Below, piece by piece: positions 38,574-49,794 of a stretch of 64,000 bases of DNA. Numbering within the stretch: position 1 is the first letter of the stretch; each line of letters begins with the position of its first letter. Source of the stretch: Octopus vulgaris (taxonomy: Eukaryota). The stretch is from the NCBI GenBank assembly GCA_951406725.2, contig OX597815.1, forward strand, positions 126,976,001-127,040,000. The letters are read 5' to 3'. The notes beneath the pieces are model-generated. The model ran no database searches and was not told the origin of the DNA. It worked only from the letters and a program-made list of their open reading frames with translations. The translations under genes were made by a program, and so were the position numbers.

Positions 38574-39122
38574 ATGTGACTAGGGTGTTAAAAACACCTA
38601 TATTGCTAGAAATAAGAGCTAAAATTCTCTAATGCTGTGGATAATGATCATGAATGAAAACATATACGTTAACAGGGACCATAATTGTCCGAAAAATGCT
38701 GACTGAGAATTCTTAAGACTGACATCAGTCTGGGCAATGTAGGTGTATTTTAACTCCCTAGTCACATTGAGTAACAATTATAATTCTCCTTTTTGGTGAA
38801 ACATTGCAACCAGTTGTTTATATTAATTTTGTGTATACACATTAGCGAAGCACTAAGTCATCCATTAATTTGATGACAGAAACATATATACTAATAGAGA
38901 AATGGGTCTGGAAAAGGCTGAATGCTGAACTGGCTTAACTGATGATGGCAACGGAAATTGCCAAAACTGACGTCAGTCTTAAGAAATCTCAGTCGGCATT
39001 TTTTCAGACAATTATGGTGCCTGTTAGTGTATGTTTTCATTTATGTGCATTAACTACAGCATTAGAGCATTTTAGCTCTTATTTCCAGCAATGTAGGTGT
39101 TTTTAAAACTCTAGTCACATTT
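38574..39122. repeat. Fold-back (38574-38729 / 38966-39120) with an internal direct repeat of the terminus, abutting (TA)n
   Basis: atgtgactag...aaaacacctatattgctagaaataagagctaaaa pairs with ttttagctcttatttccagcaatgtaggtgtttt...ctagtcacat. 38734-38768 repeats 39088-39121 directly. Confidence 0.92.
38934..38983 (+). ncRNA. Type I hammerhead ribozyme motif (G12 mutated)
   Basis: cttaa-CTGATGA-t-ggcaa(cggaaa)ttgcc-AAA-ACTGACGTCAGT-C^ttaag. All three stems are perfect and the site is GUC. The GAAA is changed to AAAA at a CpG. Confidence 0.8.
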
Positions 39123-39139
39123 AATGACATTTATATATA

Positions 39140-39191
<52 letters not shown>

Positions 39192-39576
39192 TATACATAT
39201 ACATACATACATACATACATACATACATACATACATACATACATACATACATACATACATACATACATACACATATATATATTTGAAAGTCTATGAGGAT
39301 TGCTTAATAATTTTTGAAATGCAAAAGTGATATTTAAAAAACAAATTTTTTTTTTAATGTTATGAAATCTATTATGAGGGGGTTAATATATACAAACAAT
39401 GATTTTTTTTTTTCAGCTTCCATGTACTAAATCCACTCATAAGGGTTTGGTTGCCCCAGCACTATAGTAGAAGACATTTTCCCCCAGTGCTATGCAATGA
39501 GTCTGAACCCCAAATGAAAACCACTTGGTTGGGAAGCAAGCTTTTAACCATAGAGTTGCACCCACACATGCACACA

Positions 39577-39624
<48 letters not shown>

Positions 39625-39751
39625 CACACTCATATACATATATACGTATATACGTATGTATGTATACACACATTTTTTTTCTCATTAAGGAATAATCATA
39701 TTTTTCACATTAAATCTGTAGCACCATGCTCTCTCTCTCTCTCTCTCTCCC

Positions 39752-39789
<38 letters not shown>

Positions 39790-40849
39790 CCCCTCATCCA
39801 AACTGTCATCAGAATTGGCAAACATAATGCAATCTTGTTACTATGACTAGTCACCATGTCTCTCTGCTTTCCAACATGCTTTTCCAACCTAATCAGTACC
39901 CCTGCTGAGTTGATACTGTAGACAACCAAACTTTCTGTCAAATTCAGTTGAAGTGACTTCCTCTTTTTCTGCATTTCTACATTCCTCTAAAGCTGTTTTT
40001 TCACTACTTTTGCAATATTCATTTATATATTTCTTTTAAAAATATCTAATCAATAAGCTTTCTCTTAATCTGATATCACCCTGGAAGAATCCATTTTTTC
40101 TTCTTTTCTTATTTCATTTTTTTATTTTTGCATTTTTGAGGACTAAATATAACTAGATGAAAAATTAAATCAGAAAAAGTTATACAACCTAAATTTTACC
40201 AATGTCGTTGATTCTTAGAAATCCCCTAAATTTTAATTACAAATTGCATATGTAATATGTATTTGTATATGTGCATGTATGTGTGCATGTGTGTTGGGTA
40301 TATTAAACATCATATATTTTTATGAATGCTCTTCTTTTTGATTTTAAAATGTTGTTTATGAATCAGTAGTGTTTAATGTGCTTATATTCAATTATTACAC
40401 AAATATGTGTATGTATATATGCATATATGTATACATGTATGTATGCATATGTGTGTGTATATATACATGTGTGTGTGTGACATCTATTTCTGTCTCTTTC
40501 TCTTTCTTTGCCTCTCTTTTGTCTTCTTCCCTCTCTCTTTCTTTCTATTTCCATCCTGTTCTGACTTTCTGTCTATCCTTCTCTTGTCTCCAGTCCTACA
40601 GAACATTTTCATTTTCCTTTGCATTACTCCATATCTGCTTTTCTGGTAGTTTAATGAAATCAGTTTATGGTTGCATTTGTGCATGAACTGCACATGAAGT
40701 TCCTTTTCTCTCTTTGTATGCTAGTAATTCCATTGCACTTTCTGTGCACTCAACTACATATATTGGCTACATAGTATAGAGTTCCTTCTTGTTTATTTCA
40801 TTTCCTGCATATCAAACATCACTACTTTCCAAATGGCAGAATTTTAATT

Positions 40850-41338
40850 TGTCTTTGCTCAGTTACTTTTAATGTTTTTCCTTTTACACATTGCTTCCAT
40901 GTTTGGAATATTTCTTCTGACTCTTCAGCTGATTCAACTCTGATAACTAGATCATCAGCATACAGAAGTTTGCATGAACAACAAATCTTGAACTCTTGAA
41001 CTCTTCATAGAGAGATATAAACAGAAAAGGATTGTAAGCAGAACCTTGATGAACACCTACCTGCATGCTAACTTAGTCACTAAGCTCATTGATAACTGTC
41101 ACTTTGCTGATTGTACCTCTGTAGTGCATGGCTTGACCAGCATCTTCAAGTCATTCATCTACACCCAGTTTTCTTAACTTCTTAACTACAAGTTAAGAAA
41201 ACTGAGTGTAGATGAATGGCTTGAAGATGCTGGTCAAGCCATGTACTACAGAGGTACAATCAGCAAAGGGACAGTTATCAATGAGCTTAGGGACTAAGTG
41301 TGCAGGTAGGTGTTCATCAAGGTTCTGCTTGCAATCCT
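40850..41338 (-). mobile_element. RTE RT fragment whose 5' part is duplicated as a hairpin (41028-41180 / 41190-41338)
   Basis: Minus strand LRKLGVDE..., QVGVHQGS, LLYADD. The arms are reverse complements with a 9-nt loop. Confidence 0.88.
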
Positions 41339-43176
41339 CAGAGTGTGGTACTCTATCAAAGACACCTCCAGATCAACAAAAGCTAGCTTTATGGTTTGCT
41401 TTTGGTAGCTTTTGGTTTGCTTTTGGCAGCTTTTGGTTTGCTCCTGTAGCTGACTCCCAAAAAAGATTGCAATGGTGGTTCCATATTCTGGCCCAAATTG
41501 AAATTAAACCTTAGCTAAACTAACTCACTTTGATAAGCTTTATGACAACTCTTTCTGCCACTTACCAATTTGATGATTTGATAGCTCTGTATGAGTTTCT
41601 TTATAGATTATCTCCTTTAGCCTTGTTGCAGTTTCATGCTGATTGCTAACTTTACTGCTATGCCAATTCTAGAAAACATGGCAGCCTCATACTTTTGCTG
41701 GAAGCATTAGAAAACATGTCAAAATATGTAAAATGGAGTGAGAAGTGGTCGCCAACCCATCTAAGAGAGTAATAACTCTGAATAAGAACTAACTTGGATC
41801 ATAGCAACCCATCATCCATACAGCAATGATGATGATGATGATGAGAGTGATGACAACGATGACAACGATGAAGACAATGATGATGGTGACAACAATGATG
41901 ATGATGGCGATGACGATGATGATGACTGTGTTGTATTTCTATGTTTGCATGGGTTAGCACGTGCCTGACTGCCACCTGAAGTTAAACATGAAAAACAACA
42001 ACAAATCTTACTAGAATCAAGTCTGGCCAAATGATTAAAAAGTTCCTTTCACAATTATAAAATCATAAATTCATTCTTGATTGGGACCACCTTTTACAGA
42101 TGTTTTCTATCATTTAGCTGATAGCCTTGAGTCAACACAGGCCCTTTGGTTTAAAATGAGTAAACCAAAACAGCTTGAAAACCTGTTACAGATTGATTAT
42201 ATCTGTAATTCAAAAGGTCACTTATTTCACATACTTTAACATACTGTTTCTGCCAGGGGATTGCATTAAGTATGCTAGTGTTTATGAAGTACTTACCCAC
42301 TTACATTATAATTCTGTGAGAAAAGATGGCAATCTGGCAGAGTCATTAGGGCATCATTCAAGACTACATATTGGCATTTGTTCTGATGCTTTATATTCTG
42401 AGTTCAAATTCTGCCTAGGTCAACTTTGCTTTTTGTCCTTTTGAGGTCAATAAGTATCAATAAGTACCAGCTGAGCATCAGGGTCAATGTAAATGATTTA
42501 CTTCCTTCTCCAAAATTGCAGGCCTTGTACCAGAATTTGAAACCATTCAATGATTAAGTAGCTCAGATGACAGGAGACCTGGAATATGTAGAGTCACCAC
42601 ATGCATCTACACATTTATATGCAGGCCTGGGCTAGATCTTTTGAAGAAGACTGACATTTATGCATTCGATTCTCTCTCTCTCTATGTTACCAATATTCAT
42701 CCAAGACAAAAGTCATCAACTTAGACTGATATGGTTTAGCACCAGGAGCATTACAAGCATTGATGACAGAACACAAAGCACCAGATCAGATACCACAAGG
42801 AATCTTGCACAACCAAATCCACCAACCCACTACCTTAGACTGGTAATTGCTACATTTTTATCAACCCCCTAAAGGATGAAAAGCAAAGTCAACCATGGCA
42901 GAATTTGAACTCAAAGTACAGGGAACCATAAAACATTCTGTTCCAGTGTGCTAATGCTCAGCCAGTTCATTGCAAATAACTGAAATACCCATGACTGAAA
43001 CCAACCTGAGATCTGTTTATGTACAACCAAGATATCATATGTCCAGTATAAACTGCTACAGTTATTACATCATTTCATAGCGTTTGTATATCATAGATGT
43101 TAGATGAGGGAATGGTGAAAAACTAATGCTGTTGCTACTATGATAGCAGCTGTTATACTATTTGTGTATCAAGTAT

Positions 43177-43213
<37 letters not shown>

Positions 43214-43825
43214 TACATAACTGTTGCTGCTGCTCTTGCAACTACTACTACTGATGCTGCTGTTTGTGTACCAAGTAACATTTAAAAACATTAAAAAAAA
43301 TGCAAAGGATGCTAATGTTGTTATTACCACTCTGCCAGAATATGGAGGAAGAGGAGGAAGAAAGGATAGCTATGACAAGTGCAATGATGATGACAATGAA
43401 GATGACAATGATGATGATTATAATGATGATGGTGGTAGTGATGGTGATGACGACGATAATAATGATGACCACAATGATAATGATGAAGATAATGATGATG
43501 AGGAGAAGGTAACAGGATTGGGAAGAAGTAGAGGAGGGGGAGGAAGGAGAACAACCATGAAGAGAAGCAGGAGAAGGAAGAGGACAACAGCAAGAAGAAA
43601 CAGCAGGAGGACATCAGTGAAGAGAAGTAGGAAGAGGGGGGAAGAGAAGAAAGCAGAAGAGGAAAAAGGCAGTAACAGACATGATGACAATTACAATGGC
43701 AACAACGACGACGACGACGTCATCGATGATGATGATAATGATGGCCAACAATATCTTTGTGTATTCCTGGAAGAAATAACATTCAATAATTTTTTGTAAC
43801 TGATAAGAAGAAAAGGATTTTTTTA

Positions 43826-44270
43826 TCATCTCTTCAAATTAAACTTGGTTTAATTTATATTTGTTAAGGTCATGGGTACAGAAAATTCCAGAGGATTTCA
43901 ATATCTGTCAGAAATATTTCCAAAATTAAGTGCTCTAAAAATTTATAGAACTTCAAATCTTGGAAGCATTAAAAGCTAAAATATTTTATGAAACTTTGGT
44001 ATCACTTTTGCATGCTTTCAAATGGGCCCTTCTTTAAAACTACAGGTCCCCTTCTGTTCAAAGTGGAGTTGAGAATCTGATTAAGGCTTTCAAAAATGCA
44101 GGTTGTTTCATGTCCCCTGAATTACACTTTATATATTCACATTTAGATATTTTTACTGAAAATTTTGGCATAGTTAGGAATGAACAAGGAGATGTATTTT
44201 AGCAGGATATAAAAAAATCTATGGAAGATTACAAGCAATGAATCTGGAATGAAAATGATTCACTATTGTC
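43826..44270 (+). mobile_element. Chapaev3-like (CMC superfamily) transposase remnant
   Basis: FVKVM..ENSRGFQYLSEIFPKLS and VENLIKAFKNAGCFMSPELHFIYSHLDIFTENFGIVRNEQGDVF*QDIK. These resemble the MSLKxHFLHSHLDFFPxNLGxVSDEQGERFHQDI motif as I recall it. Confidence 0.72.
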
Positions 44271-44971
44271 AATCTTATACTCCCAACATCATCCCACTAT
44301 ATTTCTAGTTATATCCCATGTTCTGATTTATCAATCAACTACCAAAGATTTCAAGAAATATTAAAAAATTAATAATGTTGAAAACTTGAGAACATATAGT
44401 AATTTTCATTTTTTTAACATTTTTGCTAAACATTCATTTTATGTAACATACATCAATTGTTCTAATTTACCACTCAAAAATGCTTTAAGGAAAATATTTC
44501 TTCTTGATAAAAAAAAGAAAATAGTAAAAGAATAAAATGAAAAAATGTTTAACAAAAATTTTCTTGTATCATTTTATATGAAAACTGATTATTTAGAGTA
44601 AATAACCTTGTAAATAAGTTTGTTTATTTAGTACATACAAACAAATGGTTGAGGGGATAAAGAAATGGCCTACAAACACATAGTTCCTGAGTTCATTTCT
44701 GTTTTGTTTTATTCAGTGCAATGAACTCTAGATTATTTATCTTCTGATGATGTTATTTGTAATGGTCTTACATCATATCCGAAAAGACCTCCGTTTTTCA
44801 ACCCTTTTGTTAAAGCACTGTGACTTGTAAAAGAATTTTCAAGGTTTTGAGTCTCACAGAGATGACAAAGGATTAAACTAATAAATCGAAATGCAGTGCA
44901 AGTAAACGCTTCCATCAAATGAAATGGACATTAAAACAGATATGTATGCACACGAATGTGTGTCTATATGT

Positions 44972-45004
<33 letters not shown>

Positions 45005-45409
45005 AAATAAGTATATATAACTGTTGTGATCTCCAGCATTCTTCAGATGCCTGCCATATTTGGTAATGTTCATTTATTCATTAGTTTAATGTCATTTCTT
45101 CCATGCTAACAAGGCCAAGATGAGCATATATTGTGGCATTGTTTTCACCAAGATACTGTTCCAGTCATTAACCTTCACCTGTTTTATAGCCCAACAGCAT
45201 GTCATTGGGCTACCTTGTCCAGCCACATGTCAATATTTGCTCTTAACACAGTGCAACCTGATGACATGAGAGGTTATGTTTTACAGTATCTTATAGATGT
45301 TGCTCTTCAAACACACTTGTATGTACAATGCTAAAATGCAATAAAATCACTTAATGAAACGATTGTAGGAATACCATATAATGCATTCATTTGTTTTTTA
45401 TTTATCACC

Positions 45410-46250
45410 ATTATCATTTAACATCCATAGTCCATGCTGACAAGGGATGGACAGTTTGATGAGAGCTGGCAAGCTGGGAGCTGTACCACAATCGAGTCTG
45501 ATTTGCCATGGTTTCTACAGTTGGATACTCTTCCTAACACCAGCCACAGAGTGCGCTGGGTGCTTTTACATGGCACAACATGGGCATTTTAACATTACAC
45601 TGCATGGCCACTTTTACATGGCACTACCACAAGTGTTTTTTTATGCGACACTGGCACAGGACTCTTGCAGGTCAATCCTCACCACTGTGGTGACCAGTCT
45701 TAATATTTCTGCTGTGGAGTACAAGCCTTCTTGAGTACAGCAAGGTGCCAGGCATCTTGGTCCTTCGTCATCTCATCCTAAAGTTTCAGTGTCCTGAGGT
45801 TGTTCTTCAGCACTTTGTCCAATGTCTTCCTGAGTCTCCTACTTCCATGTGTTCCATCTACTTTGAGAGATTGGCACTTATTTATGGAACTGTTGACATC
45901 CATCCACATTACATGACCAAACTAGTGCAGTCTTCTCTCTTGCACAGCAACTAATTCTTCTTATGCCTAACTTCTCTCAAAGCACTAGCATTCTGTCAAA
46001 CATTACACATCTAGTGGAGCATACTAGTCTCATTGCTTTATAGCAATTCAGCACCCATGTTTCACTATCAGGTAAAATTGCTGTCTATCTAATCTACATG
46101 CATCATACAATCTTCCTTTCACTCAGAGAGAAAAACCTTTCAAAGCCATCCTATACTTATTTTAATTGTCACACTTTCTGTGCATCCTCCTTCTCTACCA
46201 AATTGTTTCATTAGGTAGCAGAAATTATCTACTAACTCTAATGTGGTCAA
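45410..46250 (-). mobile_element. Old RTE 3' fragment with UTR
   Basis: KGRLYDAC, ETWVLN, ERRLH.FGHVM, RKTLDKV motifs plus a decayed 3' module. Confidence 0.7.
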
Positions 46251-46255
46251 TGAGG

Positions 46256-46505
46256 AGAGTAATTGGTACACTCGGGAGTATCAGCACTCAACTATCAATG
46301 TGGCTCAAAACAATTGGTACAAATGTAAAGATAGAACACCTACACAAATCAGAATTACTTGGAACAGAAAGAATTCTTCACAGGGTTCTTGAAGCATGAT
46401 CAGTAAACAAGTGTCACTTTAGTCTGCTAGCTGAAGACAGCTGACACTTTCCATCATACCCAGCAAAATAAACTAAGAGCTTACATCAAATAATAATGAT
46501 AATAA
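46256..46505 (+). mobile_element. R4/Dong-type retrotransposon extreme 3' end
   Basis: VIGTLGSI...IEHLHKSELLGTERILHRVLEA*, a short UTR and a taataatgataataa tail. Confidence 0.75.
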
Positions 46506-46604
46506 GCTATACACCCTAATTCTCATTACATAGTTAATTGCCCTGCAGCAGAATGGGATAGTGATTAAGTATTAAGGGGATAGACATGACTTCAGTCCAT
46601 GGAT

Positions 46605-46642
<38 letters not shown>

Positions 46643-46683
46643 CTCTCTCTCTCCAATATACATACACATGCACACTCATACAC

Positions 46684-46737
<54 letters not shown>

Positions 46738-46739
<2 letters not shown>

Positions 46740-47830
46740 ACAAACCTAACAACACTGGCCACCCCATCGTCTCTACCTGCAACTACCCGACCGAACTCAT
46801 CTCCAGATATCTTGACCATGTCCTTGCCCCCCTAGTGACTTGCTTCCCTTCTCACAACCATGACACTAACCATGCACTTCATTTGTTTAACACTTTCTCC
46901 TGCCCTTCTGGCCCCTCTAAACTTCTCTTCACCCTTGACATCCAGAGCCTTTACACAGTGATCCTTCATCATGAGGGGCTACGTGCACTCCAGCATGCCC
47001 TTGACCTTCGACTCAACTCCAAACCTGACACATCCATACTCATTCATCTAGCCAAACTTGTCCTCTCACACAACCGCTTCTCGTTTGCAGGTTTTTGGAG
47101 TGGCCATGGGAATGAGAATGGGCCCCAACTATGTGAATCTGTTCATTGGCTATGTTGAGACCCAAATATTCTCAAGTTTCACTGGTCCCATACCCAAACT
47201 ATACAGCCGTTATATTGATGACTGTAACGGTGCAACCTCACTCTCTCACAAACTCCTTCCTCTCTTTTGTCAAATCTTTCCATCCTGCCCTCCACTTCAT
47301 CCTACATTGATATCCCCTCACCCCTATCCACACTGCCCTTGCCAGAGTATGTTCTGTGGACCGTGCATCTGCTCTCCCCTGAACCAACCCCATCGTCTCC
47401 TGTCTCCCATTTCCCTTACATAACACCCACCACCCTACCTCTCGAATGCACCATTATCCGAGCCTTCTGGTGAATCCAGTCTGACCCCTCCACTTTGCAC
47501 ATCTTCCCTAACCGACCTCTTCACTTCACACATCTTCCCTAACCAACCCCTCCCATCCTTCAAACGATCCCACAAACTACGAGACCTCTTAGTCCACAGC
47601 TTCTTCTTTAACCCAACATCCCAACCGGCTTGTTCCCCTGCTCCTGCCCATGTTGCTGCACTTGCCCTTGCCTCTCCTACACCCCCCTCACCAGCACCCA
47701 TCATCGACCCTATCACATCACCAACTCCTTCACCTACACCTCTACCTATATCATCTACTGCATCTCCTGCTCTCTCTGCCCTTCTCTATACATTGGGCAA
47801 ACAGGACGCTGCTTGGCTGACCAGTGGTCA
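46738..47830 (+). pseudogene. Penelope-like element remnant (RT + GIY-YIG endonuclease)
   Basis: Begins right after (TA)n. Reads HKPNN.GHPIVS..PTELISRYLDHVLAPLV, LFTLDIQSLYTVI, GVAMGMRMGPNYVNLFIGYVE, YSRYIDD and IIYCISCSLCPSLYIGQTGR. Confidence 0.92.
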
Positions 47831-49176
47831 CAATGATGATAACGATATCTTAGTTATCAGCTTTTTAGCTCATTCACATATTTTAAAACTCTCTTTGGAA
47901 TTGTTTCCTTTCATTTACACCACTCTACTATTAAGAAAAACGTGAACTTCATTTCATAGCACCAGTTTTCTTTCTCCAGTAAAGAATTTCTTAATTAAAT
48001 ATTTCACACTTGTTATTATTAGCTCATAGCTGCCTTTTCTTTAGACAAGACATTATCATCTTTATTTGTCTCAATCTTCCAAACTGAAAACTGAATACTA
48101 TTGTCTAATTTTTCCTATCTGAAAACTAAAAACTGGCGTTTAATTTTCACTTAAACACTTTATTTAAAACACCTGCTCCAAAAACTTCAATATCTCACTT
48201 TTGTGACTCAAACATGGAAAGAAGAAGAAACTGATAGTGGGGTGGAGAGGGAGAGATGATGAAAACATATTTTCAATCCAGATCATGACTCTCTCTCTCT
48301 CTCTCTCTCTCTTTATCTCCTCCTACTCCCAATGCATACTGTTCCTTATCACATTTCTACTGAGATACCATGAAGACAAATGTGAGCAAGTTAAAAACTA
48401 TTTCTCATATAAAAGTTCAGAGAAATTTGAATGAAATAACTTTGAATGTATGAGCATTGCTAGTGCTGGTTTCAAAGATTATAAAAACCATACCAGGGAT
48501 TGTGGTGGCGGTGGTGGTGGTGGTGGCTCTTAGATGCAGAGGTGGGGTGTGAGGTTTGAAGATTTGTCTATTAGCATGGAATAATAATTTCCTTTTTCTA
48601 TTATCTTGTAAGTGAAGCAAGATGAGAATGAAGGCCGGTGTCCATAAAAGGTTTCTTTTTCTCATACACTCCTAGATTTAGAGATAAAGATTACTGGGAG
48701 ATGTTTAATGCTAGGAGATTATTAATACTGCACATATTAAATAATTTTTGCAGGTTTACTAGTTACAAAGTAAACATGAACAGAGAAAGGACATCTCAGT
48801 GAGGTCTTCTCCTGTGGAATAAAGTTCAGAAAAGAGGAGTGAAACATGGCATGAGGGAAGTGGAGAAACCAAGTTAGTAAGGCACATTGAGTTAATGTTT
48901 AGGACAAGTTGGTCTATGTTGTTGGAAATTCCAGAGAAAGAAAGAGTGACTATTGTAGAATTGATTGAAGACACAGATTAGCTAACAGAATTCATTGGTG
49001 GTTTAATCCCTCTTGCAGGGCCTTACAGAGATGACTTTTTTTTTATGTGGTTCAGAATCAGTATTTGGAGGAGTATATTTTTTTTATGCTAATGCAAAAG
49101 AATAAATATCAACATTTCATGTTTTGTGGATGGAAGTATCTTATCTATTTGTAGTTATAAAAAGGCACTGCAACGT

Positions 49177-49794
49177 ATAAATAATTCACTGCTGTAAACA
49201 GCAACAGTTCTTTAACATGAATTTCTAACAAAAGCAAAAAGGTACAAAGCTATAAATTTTTTGCAGAGTGATATAGTTAAATATATGGTGTTTATTTTAT
49301 CAAGCCTGGGAGGAGCAGTTCAGTGAAATTACCGTGTTTTTCATCTGGTTACAGCACACTGAGTTTATCTTTATTTGAGTGTAGCTTAGAGATGTGTATT
49401 CTTTACTCTACATACTTTCTTATATGTTATATGTTATATGAGTTAGGTCTTAAACCAAAGCATGTTCAGAGACTTCTTTAGTAAATATATGTGCTTGCAT
49501 AGAAACAGCATTTGTTTATGACTCTGGAAAAAAATGCTAGCTTTTGTGAAATCATCTTCATAATGTGTTATAGCCATGGCATCTCTAAGCTACACGCAGA
49601 TAAGGATAAACTCAGTACTGTAACCAGATGAAAAACATGGTAATTTTACTGAACTCCTCCTCCCAGGGTTGATAAAATAAACACCATATATTTAACTATA
49701 TCACTCCTCGAAAATTTATAGCTTTGTATCTTTTTGCTTTTGTTAGAAACTCATGTTACAGAACTGTTGCTGTTTACAGCAGTGAATTATTTAT
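49177..49794. repeat. Fold-back with ~217 bp arms (49177-49394 / 49580-49794)
   Basis: ataaataattcactgctgtaaacagcaacagttc...gtagcttagagatg pairs with catctctaagctacac...gaactgttgctgtttacagcagtgaattatttat. Confidence 0.93.

Noticed and set aside
43224-43799. 191-aa ORF with a hydrophobic start and Asp/Arg-rich tracts
   Set aside because: Built from CTG, GAT and GAA/GAG trinucleotide repeats that are common throughout the window.
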